A model generated the notes under the pieces. That model was not told the origin of the DNA and did not search any database. It saw only the letters and a list, made by a program, of their open reading frames with translations. From positions 7,549 through 71,548 of the forward strand of contig JAENYX010000011.1 in NCBI GenBank assembly GCA_016841565.1: a DNA stretch of 64,000 nt. The letters are read 5' to 3'. Each line of letters begins with the position of its first letter. Position 1 is the stretch's first letter. Origin of the DNA: Clostridium thermobutyricum (GTDB lineage Bacteria; Bacillota; Clostridia; Ch29). A program made the position numbers and the translations under genes. Positions 25,470 through 35,385 of this stretch are shown piece after piece.

Positions 25470-25492
25470 CCACTGATAAGAATTTTCTTTTT

Positions 25493-25537
25493 AAAAAACA
25501 AGTGACAGGATAATAAAATTATCCTGCCTCTTGTTTT
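25493..25537 (-). terminator. Intrinsic terminator after rplL
   Basis: AACAAG..CAGGATAAT / ATTATCCTG..CTTGTT stem followed by T-run. Confidence 0.75.
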
Positions 25538-25557
25538 CCTCTTTTGTCATGCTGCAA

Positions 25558-25944
25558 TTATTTGACTTCTACGCCTGCGCCCACTTCTTCCAGTTTTGCT
25601 TTCATTGCCTGAGCTTCTTCTTTGGTTATGCCTTCCTTTACCGGCTTGGGAGCACCATCTACCAATTCCTTGGCTTCTTTTAGCCCAAGACCTGTGATTT
25701 CCCTTACAGCTTTTATTACTTTAATCTTTTCCTGTCCTGCGCTTGCAAGTATTACATCAAATTCAGTTTTCTCTTCTTCTGCTGCAGCAGGAGCTGCACC
25801 GGCTGCCGGCATAGCTGCCATAGCCATGGGAGCTGCCGCACTTACACCGAACTCTTCCTCAAGAGCTTTCACCAGTTCCGAAAGCTCCACTACCGTTAGT
25901 TTTTTTACCGAATCAATAAGTTTTTGTACTTTATCAACTGCCAT
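25558..25944 (-). CDS. rplL: 50S ribosomal protein L7/L12
   Basis: [10 protein letters not shown]; [11 protein letters not shown]. Confidence 0.98.
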   Translation of the reverse strand: MAVDKVQKLIDSVKKLTVVELSELVKALEEEFGVSAAAPMAMAAMPAAGAAPAAAEEEKTEFDVILASAGQEKIKVIKAVREITGLGLKEAKELVDGAPKPVKEGITKEEAQAMKAKLEEVGAGVEVK

Positions 25945-25970
25945 TGTTTTATCCCTCCATAATTTTTTCG

Positions 25971-26495
25971 CTATGCGGATTTTTTCTCGCTAATAGCATT
26001 CAATGCGTACACAAGATTTCTGATATTTCCCTGCAGTACATTAACCAAGCCTGTAATGGGTGCATTCAAGCCGCCCAGTACCTGTGCAACAAGCACTTCC
26101 TTGGAAGGCAGGTCGGCCAGGACTTTAATCCCTTCTGCATCAATCACTTCCTGGTCAATCATTCCAGCTTTAATCTCCAGCTTGTTATGAATTTTGGCAA
26201 ACTCGGAGATTATCTTGGCCGGTGCCACAGGATCATCATAGCCCAGAGCTATTGCATTAGGCCCCGTGAGGTAGGATATAAGACCTTCATTTTTCAGCTC
26301 CTGCAATGCCCGGGTCATAAGGGTGTTTTTATAAACCTTATAGTCAACTCCGGCTTCTCTGAAACGCTTTCTTAGCTCGGTCACTTCTTCCACATTGAGA
26401 CCCCTGTAATCTACCAGCACTACTGCTCCGGCCCGTTCGATCTTTTCTTTTATCTCTTTTACTATTTGTTCCTTCACGCTTTTATTGTCAGCCAA
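25971..26495 (-). CDS. rplJ: 50S ribosomal protein L10
   Basis: DYRGLNV..TELR; VYKNTL; TTG start after GGAGG. Confidence 0.97.
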   Translation of the reverse strand: MADNKSVKEQIVKEIKEKIERAGAVVLVDYRGLNVEEVTELRKRFREAGVDYKVYKNTLMTRALQELKNEGLISYLTGPNAIALGYDDPVAPAKIISEFAKIHNKLEIKAGMIDQEVIDAEGIKVLADLPSKEVLVAQVLGGLNAPITGLVNVLQGNIRNLVYALNAISEKKSA

Positions 26496-26539
26496 TCTTT
26501 TTTCCACCTCCTCCGCTGAAATGAACATTTCTTACTGCA

Positions 26540-26660
26540 AAATTTAACCTCTGCCCCAAGACAGGCAGAGGTTAAAGATTGTTCAAAGGAATAATCTCTT
26601 GTTTCATACCTCGGTAGGAATATTTAAGCTAACAAGCTCCTACTGTCTTGGGTAAACGGT
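26540..26660 (-). ncRNA. L10 leader (autoregulatory attenuator)
   Basis: AAGACAGTAGG..TTAA..CCTACCGAGG core, then terminator AACCTCTGCC/GGCAGAGGTT whose loop region CTGTCTTGGG is complementary to upstream CCCAAGACAG. Confidence 0.88.
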
Positions 26661-26696
26661 TATTAATTTTTAATGGTGGTGTCGTGTATTTTAAGT

Positions 26697-27395
26697 CTAA
26701 TCAACAGCTTTTGCAGTATTTATTTTAATCCCGGGCCCCATAGTGCTGGAAATTACTATGCTTCTCAGATACTGACCCTTTGCGGCGGCCGGCTTGGCTT
26801 TTATTATGGCCTCCATAAGCGTTCTGTAATTTTCCACAAGTTTTTGGGTTCCAAAGGATACTTTTCCTATGGGAGCGTGTATAATACTGGTCTTGTCGAG
26901 CCTATACTCGATCTTGCCGGCTTTAATCTCGCTTATGGCCTTAGCTACATCAAAGGTGACGGTGCCGGATTTCGGGTTTGGCATAAGGCCCTTGGGTCCA
27001 AGCACCTTACCCAATCTTCCCACTACGTTCATTACATCCGGAGTGGCTACTACCACGTCAAAGTCAAACCAGTTCTCCTTCTGGATTTTCTCAACGTATT
27101 CCTCCAGCCCTGCATAATCTGCTCCGGCGTCTTCTGCTTCCTTTAGCTTTTCTCCCTTGGCCAGTACTATAACCTTTTTTGTTTTGCCGGTACCATGGGG
27201 TAAAACTATAGCTCCCCTTACCTGTTGGTCGGCATGTCTTGGGTCTACCCCAAGCCTTACGGATATTTCCACTGTTTCATCAAATTTGGCCTTTGCAGTC
27301 TTTTGTATCAGCTCCAGAGCTTCTGTCCAATCATACATCTTTTCCGGCTCATAAAGCTTTACGCTATCCTGATACTTCTTCCCTCTTTTAGGCAT
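26697..27395 (-). CDS. rplA: 50S ribosomal protein L1
   Basis: KFDETVE; [16 protein letters not shown]; SSTMGPG. Confidence 0.98.
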   Translation of the reverse strand: MPKRGKKYQDSVKLYEPEKMYDWTEALELIQKTAKAKFDETVEISVRLGVDPRHADQQVRGAIVLPHGTGKTKKVIVLAKGEKLKEAEDAGADYAGLEEYVEKIQKENWFDFDVVVATPDVMNVVGRLGKVLGPKGLMPNPKSGTVTFDVAKAISEIKAGKIEYRLDKTSIIHAPIGKVSFGTQKLVENYRTLMEAIIKAKPAAAKGQYLRSIVISSTMGPGIKINTAKAVD

Positions 27396-27410
27396 ACATA
27401 ATCCTCCTTC

Positions 27411-27440
27411 GTGGTATTCACGGTATTTTTTACCTCCCAC
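27411..27440 (-). promoter_or_regulatory. L1-binding mRNA element upstream of rplA
   Basis: GTGGGAGG...CCGTGAATACCAC directly before the rplA RBS, the typical Firmicute L1 operator form. Confidence 0.75.
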
Positions 27441-27455
27441 CTGTATCCAATGGTA

Positions 27456-27881
27456 TTATTCCTCTACAACCAGACCCATGCTCCTTGCCGTACCCTCAAC
27501 CATCCTCATTGCCGATTCAACATTGGCAGCATTGAGGTCTGTCATCTTCAGTTCTGCAATCTCTCTTATCTTGGCCTTTGATACTTTACCTACCTTAATC
27601 CTGTTTGGTTCTCCCGAACCGCTTTCTATCCCTGCCGCCTTCTTTAGTAATACTGGAGCAGGAGGCGTTTTGGTTATAAAGCTAAAGGACCTGTCCTGAT
27701 ATATAGTAATAACCGCCGGTATAACAAGCCCCGCCTGCTTGGCAGTCCTCTCGTTGAACTCCTTGCAAAAGCCCATTATATTTACTCCATGGGGTCCAAG
27801 GGCAGTTCCAACCGGTGGTGCCGGAGTAGCTTTCCCTGCCGGTATCTGCAGTTTTACCATTCCAACAACCTTTTTTGCCAT
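27456..27881 (-). CDS. rplK: 50S ribosomal protein L11
   Basis: [10 protein letters not shown]; FITKTPPA; GTARSMG. Confidence 0.98.
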   Translation of the reverse strand: MAKKVVGMVKLQIPAGKATPAPPVGTALGPHGVNIMGFCKEFNERTAKQAGLVIPAVITIYQDRSFSFITKTPPAPVLLKKAAGIESGSGEPNRIKVGKVSKAKIREIAELKMTDLNAANVESAMRMVEGTARSMGLVVEE

Positions 27882-27899
27882 ATTAGTACACCTCCTCTG

Positions 27900-28442
27900 T
27901 TATCTTATCTTTTCAATTTGAACAAAGTCCAGCTCTACAGGAGTTTCTCTGCCGAACATGGAAATCAGAACCTTAACCTTATGCTTGTCTATGTTAATCT
28001 CCTCAATGGTGCCTATAAAATTCTCAAAGGGACCACTGATAACCTTTACCGAATCCTTGACCTTAAAATCTATTACTATGGCTATCTCTTCAACCCCGAG
28101 GTTTACTATCTCCTCATCGGTAAGAGGCACAGGTTTCGATCCAGGGCCTACAAATCCGGTAACTCCCCGGGTATTGCGAACAACATACCAGGATTCATCA
28201 TTCATAACCATTTTCACCAGTACATATCCGGGAAAAACCTTCTTGAGTGTCTTCTTTAGCTTATTATTCTTTCTTTCGTAGTGTTCTTCCATCGGAACCT
28301 GTACTTCCGGTATGACATCCTGCATGCCCCGGTTTTCAACAGCCTTTTCAAGATTGGCCTTCACCTTGTTTTCATAGCCAGAGTATGTATGAATAACATA
28401 CCATTTTGCTTGCTGCATTTCAGGCATAAACTTAAGGGCCAT
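27900..28442 (-). CDS. nusG: Transcription factor NusG
   Basis: WYVIHTYSGYENKVK; FPGYVLV; MFGRETPVEL; true start may be ATG at 28427. Confidence 0.97.
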   Translation of the reverse strand: MALKFMPEMQQAKWYVIHTYSGYENKVKANLEKAVENRGMQDVIPEVQVPMEEHYERKNNKLKKTLKKVFPGYVLVKMVMNDESWYVVRNTRGVTGFVGPGSKPVPLTDEEIVNLGVEEIAIVIDFKVKDSVKVISGPFENFIGTIEEINIDKHKVKVLISMFGRETPVELDFVQIEKIR

Positions 28443-28460
28443 ATCGGCCCTTCCCTCCTT

Positions 28461-28667
28461 TTATCTGATTATCAAGCTCAGCATTCGAGCAAAGACAAAA
28501 TCAACCACACCTATAAGGAATGCCGCTGCTATTACAGAAACAAAAACCACAGAAGTAAATGAAACCAATTCTTTTCGCCCGGGCCATATTACCTTCTTAA
28601 GTTCCGACTTCGTCTCTTTTATAAATTTAGTAGCTTTGTTGCCGCTAGTCTTCTTTTCTATCGCCAT
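28461..28667 (-). CDS. secE: Preprotein translocase subunit SecE
   Basis: SELKKVIWP plus one TM helix. Confidence 0.95.
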   Translation of the reverse strand: MAIEKKTSGNKATKFIKETKSELKKVIWPGRKELVSFTSVVFVSVIAAAFLIGVVDFVFARMLSLIIR

Positions 28668-28698
28668 ATTACTCACACCTTCAAAAGTATTTAGCTCA

Positions 28699-28848
28699 TC
28701 ACTTGGTCTCTCTGTGAAGAGTATGTTTCCCGCAGAACTTGCAGTACTTGTTCATTTCTATCCTTTCGGGGTTGTTTTTCTTATTCTTCATAGAGTTATA
28801 ATTTCTTTGTTTGCAGTCTGTACATGCTAAGGTTACTTTAACTCTCAT
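28699..28848 (-). CDS. rpmG: 50S ribosomal protein L33 (49 aa, below ORF-track cutoff)
   Basis: Manual translation [49 protein letters not shown]. Confidence 0.97.
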   Translation of the reverse strand: MRVKVTLACTDCKQRNYNSMKNKKNNPERIEMNKYCKFCGKHTLHRETK

Positions 28849-28907
28849 GACTACACCTCCTGAACCACTTAGCTAACCCCCAAAATTGAGCGTCAGATTA
28901 CCAATAA

Positions 28908-28936
28908 AATTTACCACAGTTTGTTTTGGTTGTCAA
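28908..28936 (-). promoter_or_regulatory. Sigma-A promoter of rpmG-secE-nusG
   Basis: TTGACA-N17-TAAATT with TG extension. Confidence 0.7.
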
Positions 28937-28939
28937 CCA

Positions 28940-29037
28940 TTGAGAAGTGGGAAGTGGGATATGCGAAGTGGGATTTTAGTACCGCCCTTAAGCACTGCTA
29001 AGATTCCCACCTCTCACATCACACCTCTCACATCCCA
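28940..29037. repeat. 98-bp heptamer-repeat hairpin element, copy 2 (identical to copy 1)
   Basis: Same sequence as 12949-13046; abuts stop of second tuf. Confidence 0.9.
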
Positions 29038-30225
29038 TTACAGTATCTTGGATACTACTCCTGCACCTACCGTTCTTCCGCCTTCCCTTATGGCAAAACG
29101 GATACCCTCTTCTATAGCAATGGGGATTATAAGCTTTATTGTCATTGTGATGTTGTCGCCCGGCATGCACATCTCCACACCTTCAGGCAGACTTATACTG
29201 CCTGTTACGTCGGTTGTCCTGAAATAAAACTGCGGCCGGTAACCGTTGAAAAAGGGTGTGTGCCTTCCTCCCTCTTCCTTGGTCAGTACATAAACCTCTG
29301 CTTCAAAATGTGTATGCGGTTTTATTGACCCAGGCTTTGCCAATACCTGGCCCCTTTCTATTTCGTTACGCTGTACTCCCCTTAACAGGGCTCCTATGTT
29401 GTCTCCTGCCACCGCCTGGTCAAGAAGCTTTCTGAACATCTCTACTCCCGTTACTACTACCGACCTTGACTCTTCGGTAAGTCCCACTATCTCTACCTGG
29501 TCCTGTACCTTCAGCGTTCCTCTTTCTATCCTGCCTGTTGCCACTGTTCCCCTGCCTGTTATGCTGAATACGTCCTCTACCGGCATAAGAAACGGTTTCT
29601 CGGTGTCCCTCTCGGGAGTGGGAATGTATTTGTCTACTGCATCCATTAATTCTATTATGGAGTCTGCCCATTCGCTGTCGGGGTCTTCCAGGGCCTTTAA
29701 AGCAGAGCCTTTTATTACCGGTACTTCGTCTCCGGGAAATTTGTATTCGTTTAGCAGATCCCTAACTTCCATTTCTACCAGCTCTATCAGCTCTTCGTCG
29801 TCCACCATGTCGCATTTGTTCAGGTATACCACTATGTATGGCACGTTAACCTGTCGCGCCAGCAGTATATGCTCTCTTGTCTGCGGCATGGGGCCGTCGG
29901 CTGCCGATACCACTATTATTGCTCCGTCCATCTGTGCCGCTCCTGTTATCATGTTCTTTACATAGTCGGCATGGCCGGGGCAGTCTACGTGCGCATAGTG
30001 CCTGTTTTCTGTCTCATATTCCACATGGGCAGTCGATATTGTTATGCCCCTTTCCTTCTCTTCCGGTGCCTTGTCTATCTGATCGTACGCCGTCGCGGCT
30101 GCTCCGCCCTTCTTTGACAGTACAAAGGTTATTGCCGCTGTCAGCGTCGTCTTGCCGTGGTCTATGTGACCAATAGTTCCTACGTTTATATGCGGTTTGG
30201 TCCTTTCATATTTCGCCTTTCCCAT
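29038..30225 (-). CDS. tuf: Elongation factor Tu (tRNA-linked copy, 395 aa)
   Basis: Protein identical to 13047-14234. Confidence 0.99.
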   Translation of the reverse strand: MGKAKYERTKPHINVGTIGHIDHGKTTLTAAITFVLSKKGGAAATAYDQIDKAPEEKERGITISTAHVEYETENRHYAHVDCPGHADYVKNMITGAAQMDGAIIVVSAADGPMPQTREHILLARQVNVPYIVVYLNKCDMVDDEELIELVEMEVRDLLNEYKFPGDEVPVIKGSALKALEDPDSEWADSIIELMDAVDKYIPTPERDTEKPFLMPVEDVFSITGRGTVATGRIERGTLKVQDQVEIVGLTEESRSVVVTGVEMFRKLLDQAVAGDNIGALLRGVQRNEIERGQVLAKPGSIKPHTHFEAEVYVLTKEEGGRHTPFFNGYRPQFYFRTTDVTGSISLPEGVEMCMPGDNITMTIKLIIPIAIEEGIRFAIREGGRTVGAGVVSKIL

Positions 30226-30293
30226 CCTTCTTTTCTCCTCCTTCATGGTATTAACCAGGAAACCGTTCCTGGCGTTCCATAATAAAATAAATA

Positions 30294-30369
30294 TGGAGCC
30301 CACGGCCGGACTTGAACCGGTGACCTCCGCCTTACCAAGGCGACGCTCTACCTGCTGAGCTACGTGGGC
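30294..30369 (-). tRNA. tRNA-Thr(GGT), CCA encoded
   Basis: GCCCACGTAGCTCAGCAGGTAGAGCGTCGCCTTGGTAAGGCGGAGGTCACCGGTTCAAGTCCGGCCGTGGGCTCCA, 76-nt cloverleaf. Confidence 0.97.
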
Positions 30370-30415
30370 AAATATTGCTGTCAATATTCTAATCTGTCGG
30401 ACCCGCCAGTTAATC

Positions 30416-30445
30416 ATTTTACTATATAATACCCCTAGGTGTCAA
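30416..30445 (-). promoter_or_regulatory. Sigma-A promoter of tRNA-Thr-tuf
   Basis: TTGACA-N18-TAAAAT. Confidence 0.6.
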
Positions 30446-30471
30446 GAAATATTATTATGTCTATTTATGGC

Positions 30472-31116
30472 CTATTCCCTGGTATTTAGGTATCTTTCCA
30501 ACTTTCTTTTCACTCTCTGCAAAGCATTGTCTATGGATTTTACATGGCGGTCCAGATCACAGGCTATTTCCTGGTAGGATTTACCCTGGAGGTAAAACAT
30601 CAATACTTCCCATTCCAAATCACTCAATATTTCACCTATTTTGCTTTCAATGTTCACAAATTCTTCCCTGCTAATTATCAGTTCCTCAGGATCAGTCACA
30701 CGGGTCCCCGAAAGAATATCCAGCAAAGTTCTGTCGGATTCTTCATCATATAACGGTTTGTTAAGAGACACATATGAATTCAAAGGAATGTGCTTCTGCC
30801 TTGTGGCTGTCTTTATTGCTGTTATTATCTGACGTGTTATACACAATTCCGCAAAAGCTCTGAAAGACGAAAGCTTGTCCTGCCTGAAATCCCGGATAGC
30901 CTTGTACAGGCCGATCATTCCCTCCTGGACTATGTCTTCACGGTCGGCGCCTATGAGGAAATATGAGCGGGCCTTGGCCCGTACAAAGTTTTTGTACTTG
31001 CTTATCAGGTATTCTGCTGCTTTACAGTTTCCTTCCTTTGCTTGCTGTACAATCTCTTCATCAGGCATCATTTCGTAGTGCTTACAAACTAATTCATCGT
31101 GGGCTTTTGCTTCCAC
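30472..31116 (-). CDS. sigH: RNA polymerase sigma factor SigH
   Basis: FAELCITRQIITAIKTATRQKH; KSIDNALQRVKRKL; GTG start from GGAGG spacing. Confidence 0.97.
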   Translation of the reverse strand: MEAKAHDELVCKHYEMMPDEEIVQQAKEGNCKAAEYLISKYKNFVRAKARSYFLIGADREDIVQEGMIGLYKAIRDFRQDKLSSFRAFAELCITRQIITAIKTATRQKHIPLNSYVSLNKPLYDEESDRTLLDILSGTRVTDPEELIISREEFVNIESKIGEILSDLEWEVLMFYLQGKSYQEIACDLDRHVKSIDNALQRVKRKLERYLNTRE

Positions 31117-31165
31117 AAGCATCGCCTCCAGCAAAGGTATTAATAAGCCTTTAAGTCATACAACT

Positions 31166-31194
31166 ATTATATTTAAGTATTTTTTATTAGTCAA
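31166..31194 (-). promoter_or_regulatory. Sigma-A promoter of sigH
   Basis: TTGACT-N17-TATAAT. Confidence 0.75.
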
Positions 31195-31199
31195 GCCGG

Positions 31200-31712
31200 C
31201 TAAGGAGCTTTTCGCCATTTTTGGAGTTTACGCGCCACTTCGGGGGTTAAGCTGCCGTCCACCGTATTAATATTTCCTTTGTTCTTTTTGATTAATTCCC
31301 GCTTTATATCCTTATCATACCCCTCAATAATGCCCCTTAGTTCATTGGCTGAGATGCGCACTCCGCCCAATGCGAGTATTACCTGTTGCTGCGTCCAGTC
31401 CGAGGTTGCCACTCTTACCAGCGCTTTTTTCGCCAATACCGCCACATTTTTCTCGATAAAGCTGTCGGCGGTCTCCTGCTCCTTCGTATATACCACTTTT
31501 ATACCATGGGTATATGCAATGCTCCCCTGATTTCCCTTTACCAAATGGCCGTCAAATACAATTATCACCGTAATGCCTTTGTATGCCTGATACCCTGCCA
31601 TTATCTCGATAAGCTTATCCCGTGCAGCTTCAATATTATCCTTGCAAAGTTCTTTAAGAACAGGCCAGTCATTAATTATATTATATCCGTCAACTATTAA
31701 GTACTCCCGCAT
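31200..31712 (-). CDS. rae1: NYN-domain ribonuclease (YacP/Rae1 family)
   Basis: LIVDGYNII, IVFDG, TADSFIE, VATSD; between rlmB and sigH. Confidence 0.9.
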   Translation of the reverse strand: MREYLIVDGYNIINDWPVLKELCKDNIEAARDKLIEIMAGYQAYKGITVIIVFDGHLVKGNQGSIAYTHGIKVVYTKEQETADSFIEKNVAVLAKKALVRVATSDWTQQQVILALGGVRISANELRGIIEGYDKDIKRELIKKNKGNINTVDGSLTPEVARKLQKWRKAP

Positions 31713-31736
31713 ACAATGCCTCCATATGGCCATTTC

Positions 31737-32495
31737 TTATTTGAACTCCCTTTGCCTGAGCACCTCATATAACAAAACCCCCGCCGCTACCGATACATTA
31801 AGCGAAGAAATATCACCCTTCATGGGCACACTGACTATAAAGTCGCACTTCTCCTTAACCAGACGGCTGATTCCCTTGCCCTCGCTCCCTACCACCAAAG
31901 CAAGAGGCCCTTTAAGGTCGGTGCTGTACATTTCCTGACCGTCCATATCGGCTCCGGCTATCCACAGACCCATATCTTTCATCTGCTCAAGGGTGCGTGC
32001 TATGTTTGTCACCTGAACCACCGGAAGGTACTCGGTAGCTCCGGCTGCAGACTTGACCACAACAGGTGTTACCCCTACGGCATTCCTTTTGGGAATTATT
32101 ATGCCATGGGCGCCGCTGCAATAAGCCGTCCTTATTATTGCACCAAGGTTATGCGGATCGTTTATTTTATCAAGAACCACCACCAGCGGTTCTTGGCTCC
32201 GGCTGCGTGCTCTGTCAATAATAACCTCCGGTCCCCCGGCATAACGGTATTTGGCGACAAGGGCAATGATTCCCTGATGGGCTCCTGTTTGGGACAGCCG
32301 GTCCAACTGTCCTCTGTCGACATACTCCACCCGTAGCCCCAAGTCCTTTGCCTGCTTAATTATTTTGTTTCCGGAATGGTCCAGCCCCTTGGCTGCAACA
32401 AGTTTTTTGATACTCCTCCGGGACTTCAGTATTTCAATAACGGGGTTCCTGCCTTCCACCGTATCATATCCCTGACTCAAATCTTCTTTGTCCAA
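31737..32495 (-). CDS. rlmB: 23S rRNA Gm2251 methyltransferase
   Basis: EGRNPV; DPHNLGAIIRTA; GSEGKG; SLNVSVA. Confidence 0.95.
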   Translation of the reverse strand: MDKEDLSQGYDTVEGRNPVIEILKSRRSIKKLVAAKGLDHSGNKIIKQAKDLGLRVEYVDRGQLDRLSQTGAHQGIIALVAKYRYAGGPEVIIDRARSRSQEPLVVVLDKINDPHNLGAIIRTAYCSGAHGIIIPKRNAVGVTPVVVKSAAGATEYLPVVQVTNIARTLEQMKDMGLWIAGADMDGQEMYSTDLKGPLALVVGSEGKGISRLVKEKCDFIVSVPMKGDISSLNVSVAAGVLLYEVLRQREFK

Positions 32496-32681
32496 ACAAT
32501 CAATCCCTCCCGTCCTGTCATTTCCCTGATAATATCAGTATGTCCTTCCAGCCGGCCGATAATCACCGGTTTTTGTACCCCGATGCAGCGTCGGTTTGCT
32601 CCCCCCGGCTCTTACGGTCGCTGGCGCTGGGATTGGTACTACTAACCATCGGCGGGCAAAAACATCCCCCCGACGGAAGTT

Positions 32682-33458
32682 TCACTGGCAGTTCCTTCTA
32701 TATTTATCCCGTACCTCTGACGTTTGCCCGCAGGTCATTTTACCTTCGGGGCAGGGGCCTGTCAGACATCCGGGGCCGGCATTCTTGAACAGTATGGGGG
32801 CCGCCCTCCTTACCTGTCTAAGCATTTCCTCGGCTAGCTGCCTGATCTCCCATTGTGCCCTGTTGCAGCACCTTAGACGGAAGAAATTATACAAAGCCCT
32901 GGCGTTCATGGTAAAAATAATCTTGGTTTCACAGGCATTGGGAAATACATACCTCGCATCTTCGATGGCCATTTTCTCCGCTGCCTGGTGAATGGCTTTC
33001 TCATCCCTACCGCCTTCCTTTTTTAATGTCTCATAGTGTTGTTTATAGAGCATATCAACCAACTCATTGTAATACCTCTGATCCTCCTCCATGGCCTTTT
33101 TAAATAATTCCCTTGCTTCGGGGTTACCGTCGATATGATGAGGTATTATATATTCAAACTGATCCAGCCTGACATATCTTTGAGACTGCTGCGAGTAGCT
33201 GGCTATTCTGTGTCTTACCAATTGGTGGGTAAGCACTCTGCTTACACCTTCCACCGCAAAGGTAAAGGATGCATGTTCAATGGGAGATTGATGTCCCATT
33301 TCAATCAACAGGTTTAGAAACCTGTCAACCTTGTCCTGCGACAGGCCGTCCAGTATATCCTCAGCCCCCACCCTTGAATAACAAAGTCTTGCAGCAGCAG
33401 AAACAAGCTTGTCGGGCTCCGGTGTATACCCGATTAGCTTAACCCTTGGTTTTAACAT
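32682..33458 (-). CDS. thyX: FAD-dependent thymidylate synthase
   Basis: GHQSPIEH; [14 protein letters not shown] (RHRx7S); AQWEIR. Confidence 0.96.
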   Translation of the reverse strand: MLKPRVKLIGYTPEPDKLVSAAARLCYSRVGAEDILDGLSQDKVDRFLNLLIEMGHQSPIEHASFTFAVEGVSRVLTHQLVRHRIASYSQQSQRYVRLDQFEYIIPHHIDGNPEARELFKKAMEEDQRYYNELVDMLYKQHYETLKKEGGRDEKAIHQAAEKMAIEDARYVFPNACETKIIFTMNARALYNFFRLRCCNRAQWEIRQLAEEMLRQVRRAAPILFKNAGPGCLTGPCPEGKMTCGQTSEVRDKYRRNCQ

Positions 33459-33480
33459 TCTGTCCTCCACCCCCTGGAAG

Positions 33481-33912
33481 TTATTTATTGTTCAAACAAA
33501 AAAAATCATAGGATTTATCCAATATATACATTAATCTATCCATGTCTCCCTTAATAAACAGGTATCCCACCAGGGCTTCAAAACCGGTAGCGTACCTGTA
33601 CTGAATAATATGTGCGTTTTTGGGTGACGTACCGGACTTTGCATTCCTTCCCCTTTTAACCACAGCCCTTTCACTTTCCTCCAACTCCTCCCATATGCCG
33701 TGTATTATATCGCTCTGGGATGAAGCCCTAACAAAGTTTACCGTTAACCGGTGCAGCTTCTGGGTCGGTAGCCGGACATTATCTGTTATCACTCTTTGTC
33801 TTATATAAAGCTCGAAACAGGCATCGCCAACGTATGCCAAAACCAGCGGAGAAAGCGCTTTATAATCAATTTCCTTATTAATGGCCAACAACCCCTTAAG
33901 GTATTCCTCCAT
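33481..33912 (-). CDS. mrnC: Mini-ribonuclease III
   Basis: LAYVGDA..EL; KRGRNAK; [11 protein letters not shown]. Confidence 0.95.
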   Translation of the reverse strand: MEEYLKGLLAINKEIDYKALSPLVLAYVGDACFELYIRQRVITDNVRLPTQKLHRLTVNFVRASSQSDIIHGIWEELEESERAVVKRGRNAKSGTSPKNAHIIQYRYATGFEALVGYLFIKGDMDRLMYILDKSYDFFCLNNK

Positions 33913-33967
33913 GTCCGGTCCAACCCCTTATTTCAGATGACTCGGGGGCTTTCGCCCCTGAACGGTT

Positions 33968-35368
33968 CTACTGAATAATCCTTTTCCATTTGACGCCCTG
34001 TGGAGTATCCTCTATAATAATGCCCCTTTCCCTGAGCTCATCTCTTATCTTGTCTGCAAGAGGCCAGTCCTTCTGCCCCCTCGCTTTTTCCCTGTCAGCC
34101 ACAAGTCTTTCTATATCCTGGTCCAGTTTTTCCTCCTGCTTGACCAACAGTCCCAGAACTCCGACAAACTTCATTATAAATCCAAGGGCCTGCTGCGCAA
34201 AAGCAGCCGATGTTTCCCCTTTGATGCACGTATTTATATCCCTGACCAGTTCAAAAATTACCGCCAGAGCATCAGCCGTGTTAAGATCATCCTCCATAGC
34301 TTCTTCAAATCTATTTCTATAACCCTCCAGCTGTTTTGTCTTTTCTTTCTCTGCCAGGTCCATCTGTGTTCTGTCTGCGTTTCTTATAATATGCTCCAAA
34401 TCCCTTTTGGCATTGTATAACCTGAGCAGTCCGCTTCTGGCCTGTTCAAACATCTCACGGCTGAAGTTGACCGGATTCCTATAGTGGGCCGACAGCATAA
34501 AAAACCTGATTGTCTCAAGGTCATACTCCCGGCTTATATCCCTGATTGTAAAAAAGTTGCCAAGGGACTTGGACATTTTTTGATTCTCGATATTAATAAA
34601 TCCATTGTGCAGCCAATACCTCGCAAAGGGCTTACCCGTCGCTCCCTCAGATTGGGCAATTTCATTTTCGTGGTGCGGGAAAATCAGATCCTGACCCCCT
34701 GCATGGATGTCTATGGTTTGGCCAAGGTATTTGGTTGACATGGCAGAGCACTCAATATGCCACCCAGGTCTTCCCTTGCCCCAGGGGCTGTCCCAGGCAG
34801 GTTCGCCGGGTTTTTGTTTTTTCCACAACGCAAAATCCGCAGGGTTTTTCTTGTTGGTATCAACCTCCACCCTTGCACCGGCATTGAGGTCTTCAAGATT
34901 CTGTCTTGATAATTTGCCGTATCCGGGAAACTTACGGGTATCAAAATATACTCCATCCTCGGCGGTATATGCCAGACCTTTCTCCTCCAGCATGCAAATA
35001 ACGTCTATTATCTCGCGTATATGCTCGGTAGCCTTGGGATGAACGGTAGCCCTCTTAATGCCCAGTCTGTCGGCATCCTTGAAGTACTCGTTTATATATC
35101 TCTCGGAAATCTCCTGCATAGTGGTATTTTCATCGGCGGCCCTTTTTATAATCTTGTCATCTACGTCGGTAAAATTCTGCACATAGGTCACCTCGTACCC
35201 TTTATACTCCAGATATCTTCGCAGAACATCAAAGACTATGAAGGGCCGGGCATTGCCTATATGAAAAAAGTCATACACGGTAGGGCCGCAGACATACATG
35301 CCTACCCTGCCCTGTTCCAAGGGCACGAAATCCTCCTTTTTTCTGGTTAAAGTGTTGTACAATTTCAA
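33968..35368 (-). CDS. cysS: Cysteine--tRNA ligase
   Basis: CGPTVY..HIGN; [12 protein letters not shown]; KMSKS. Confidence 0.98.
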   Translation of the reverse strand: MKLYNTLTRKKEDFVPLEQGRVGMYVCGPTVYDFFHIGNARPFIVFDVLRRYLEYKGYEVTYVQNFTDVDDKIIKRAADENTTMQEISERYINEYFKDADRLGIKRATVHPKATEHIREIIDVICMLEEKGLAYTAEDGVYFDTRKFPGYGKLSRQNLEDLNAGARVEVDTNKKNPADFALWKKQKPGEPAWDSPWGKGRPGWHIECSAMSTKYLGQTIDIHAGGQDLIFPHHENEIAQSEGATGKPFARYWLHNGFINIENQKMSKSLGNFFTIRDISREYDLETIRFFMLSAHYRNPVNFSREMFEQARSGLLRLYNAKRDLEHIIRNADRTQMDLAEKEKTKQLEGYRNRFEEAMEDDLNTADALAVIFELVRDINTCIKGETSAAFAQQALGFIMKFVGVLGLLVKQEEKLDQDIERLVADREKARGQKDWPLADKIRDELRERGIIIEDTPQGVKWKRIIQ

Positions 35369-35385
35369 GGCCCTTACTCCTCTCC

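Noticed and set aside
30226-30417. Apparent 64-aa N-terminal extension of the second EF-Tu
   Set aside because: Reads through the tRNA-Thr gene; the RBS-supported start is 30225.
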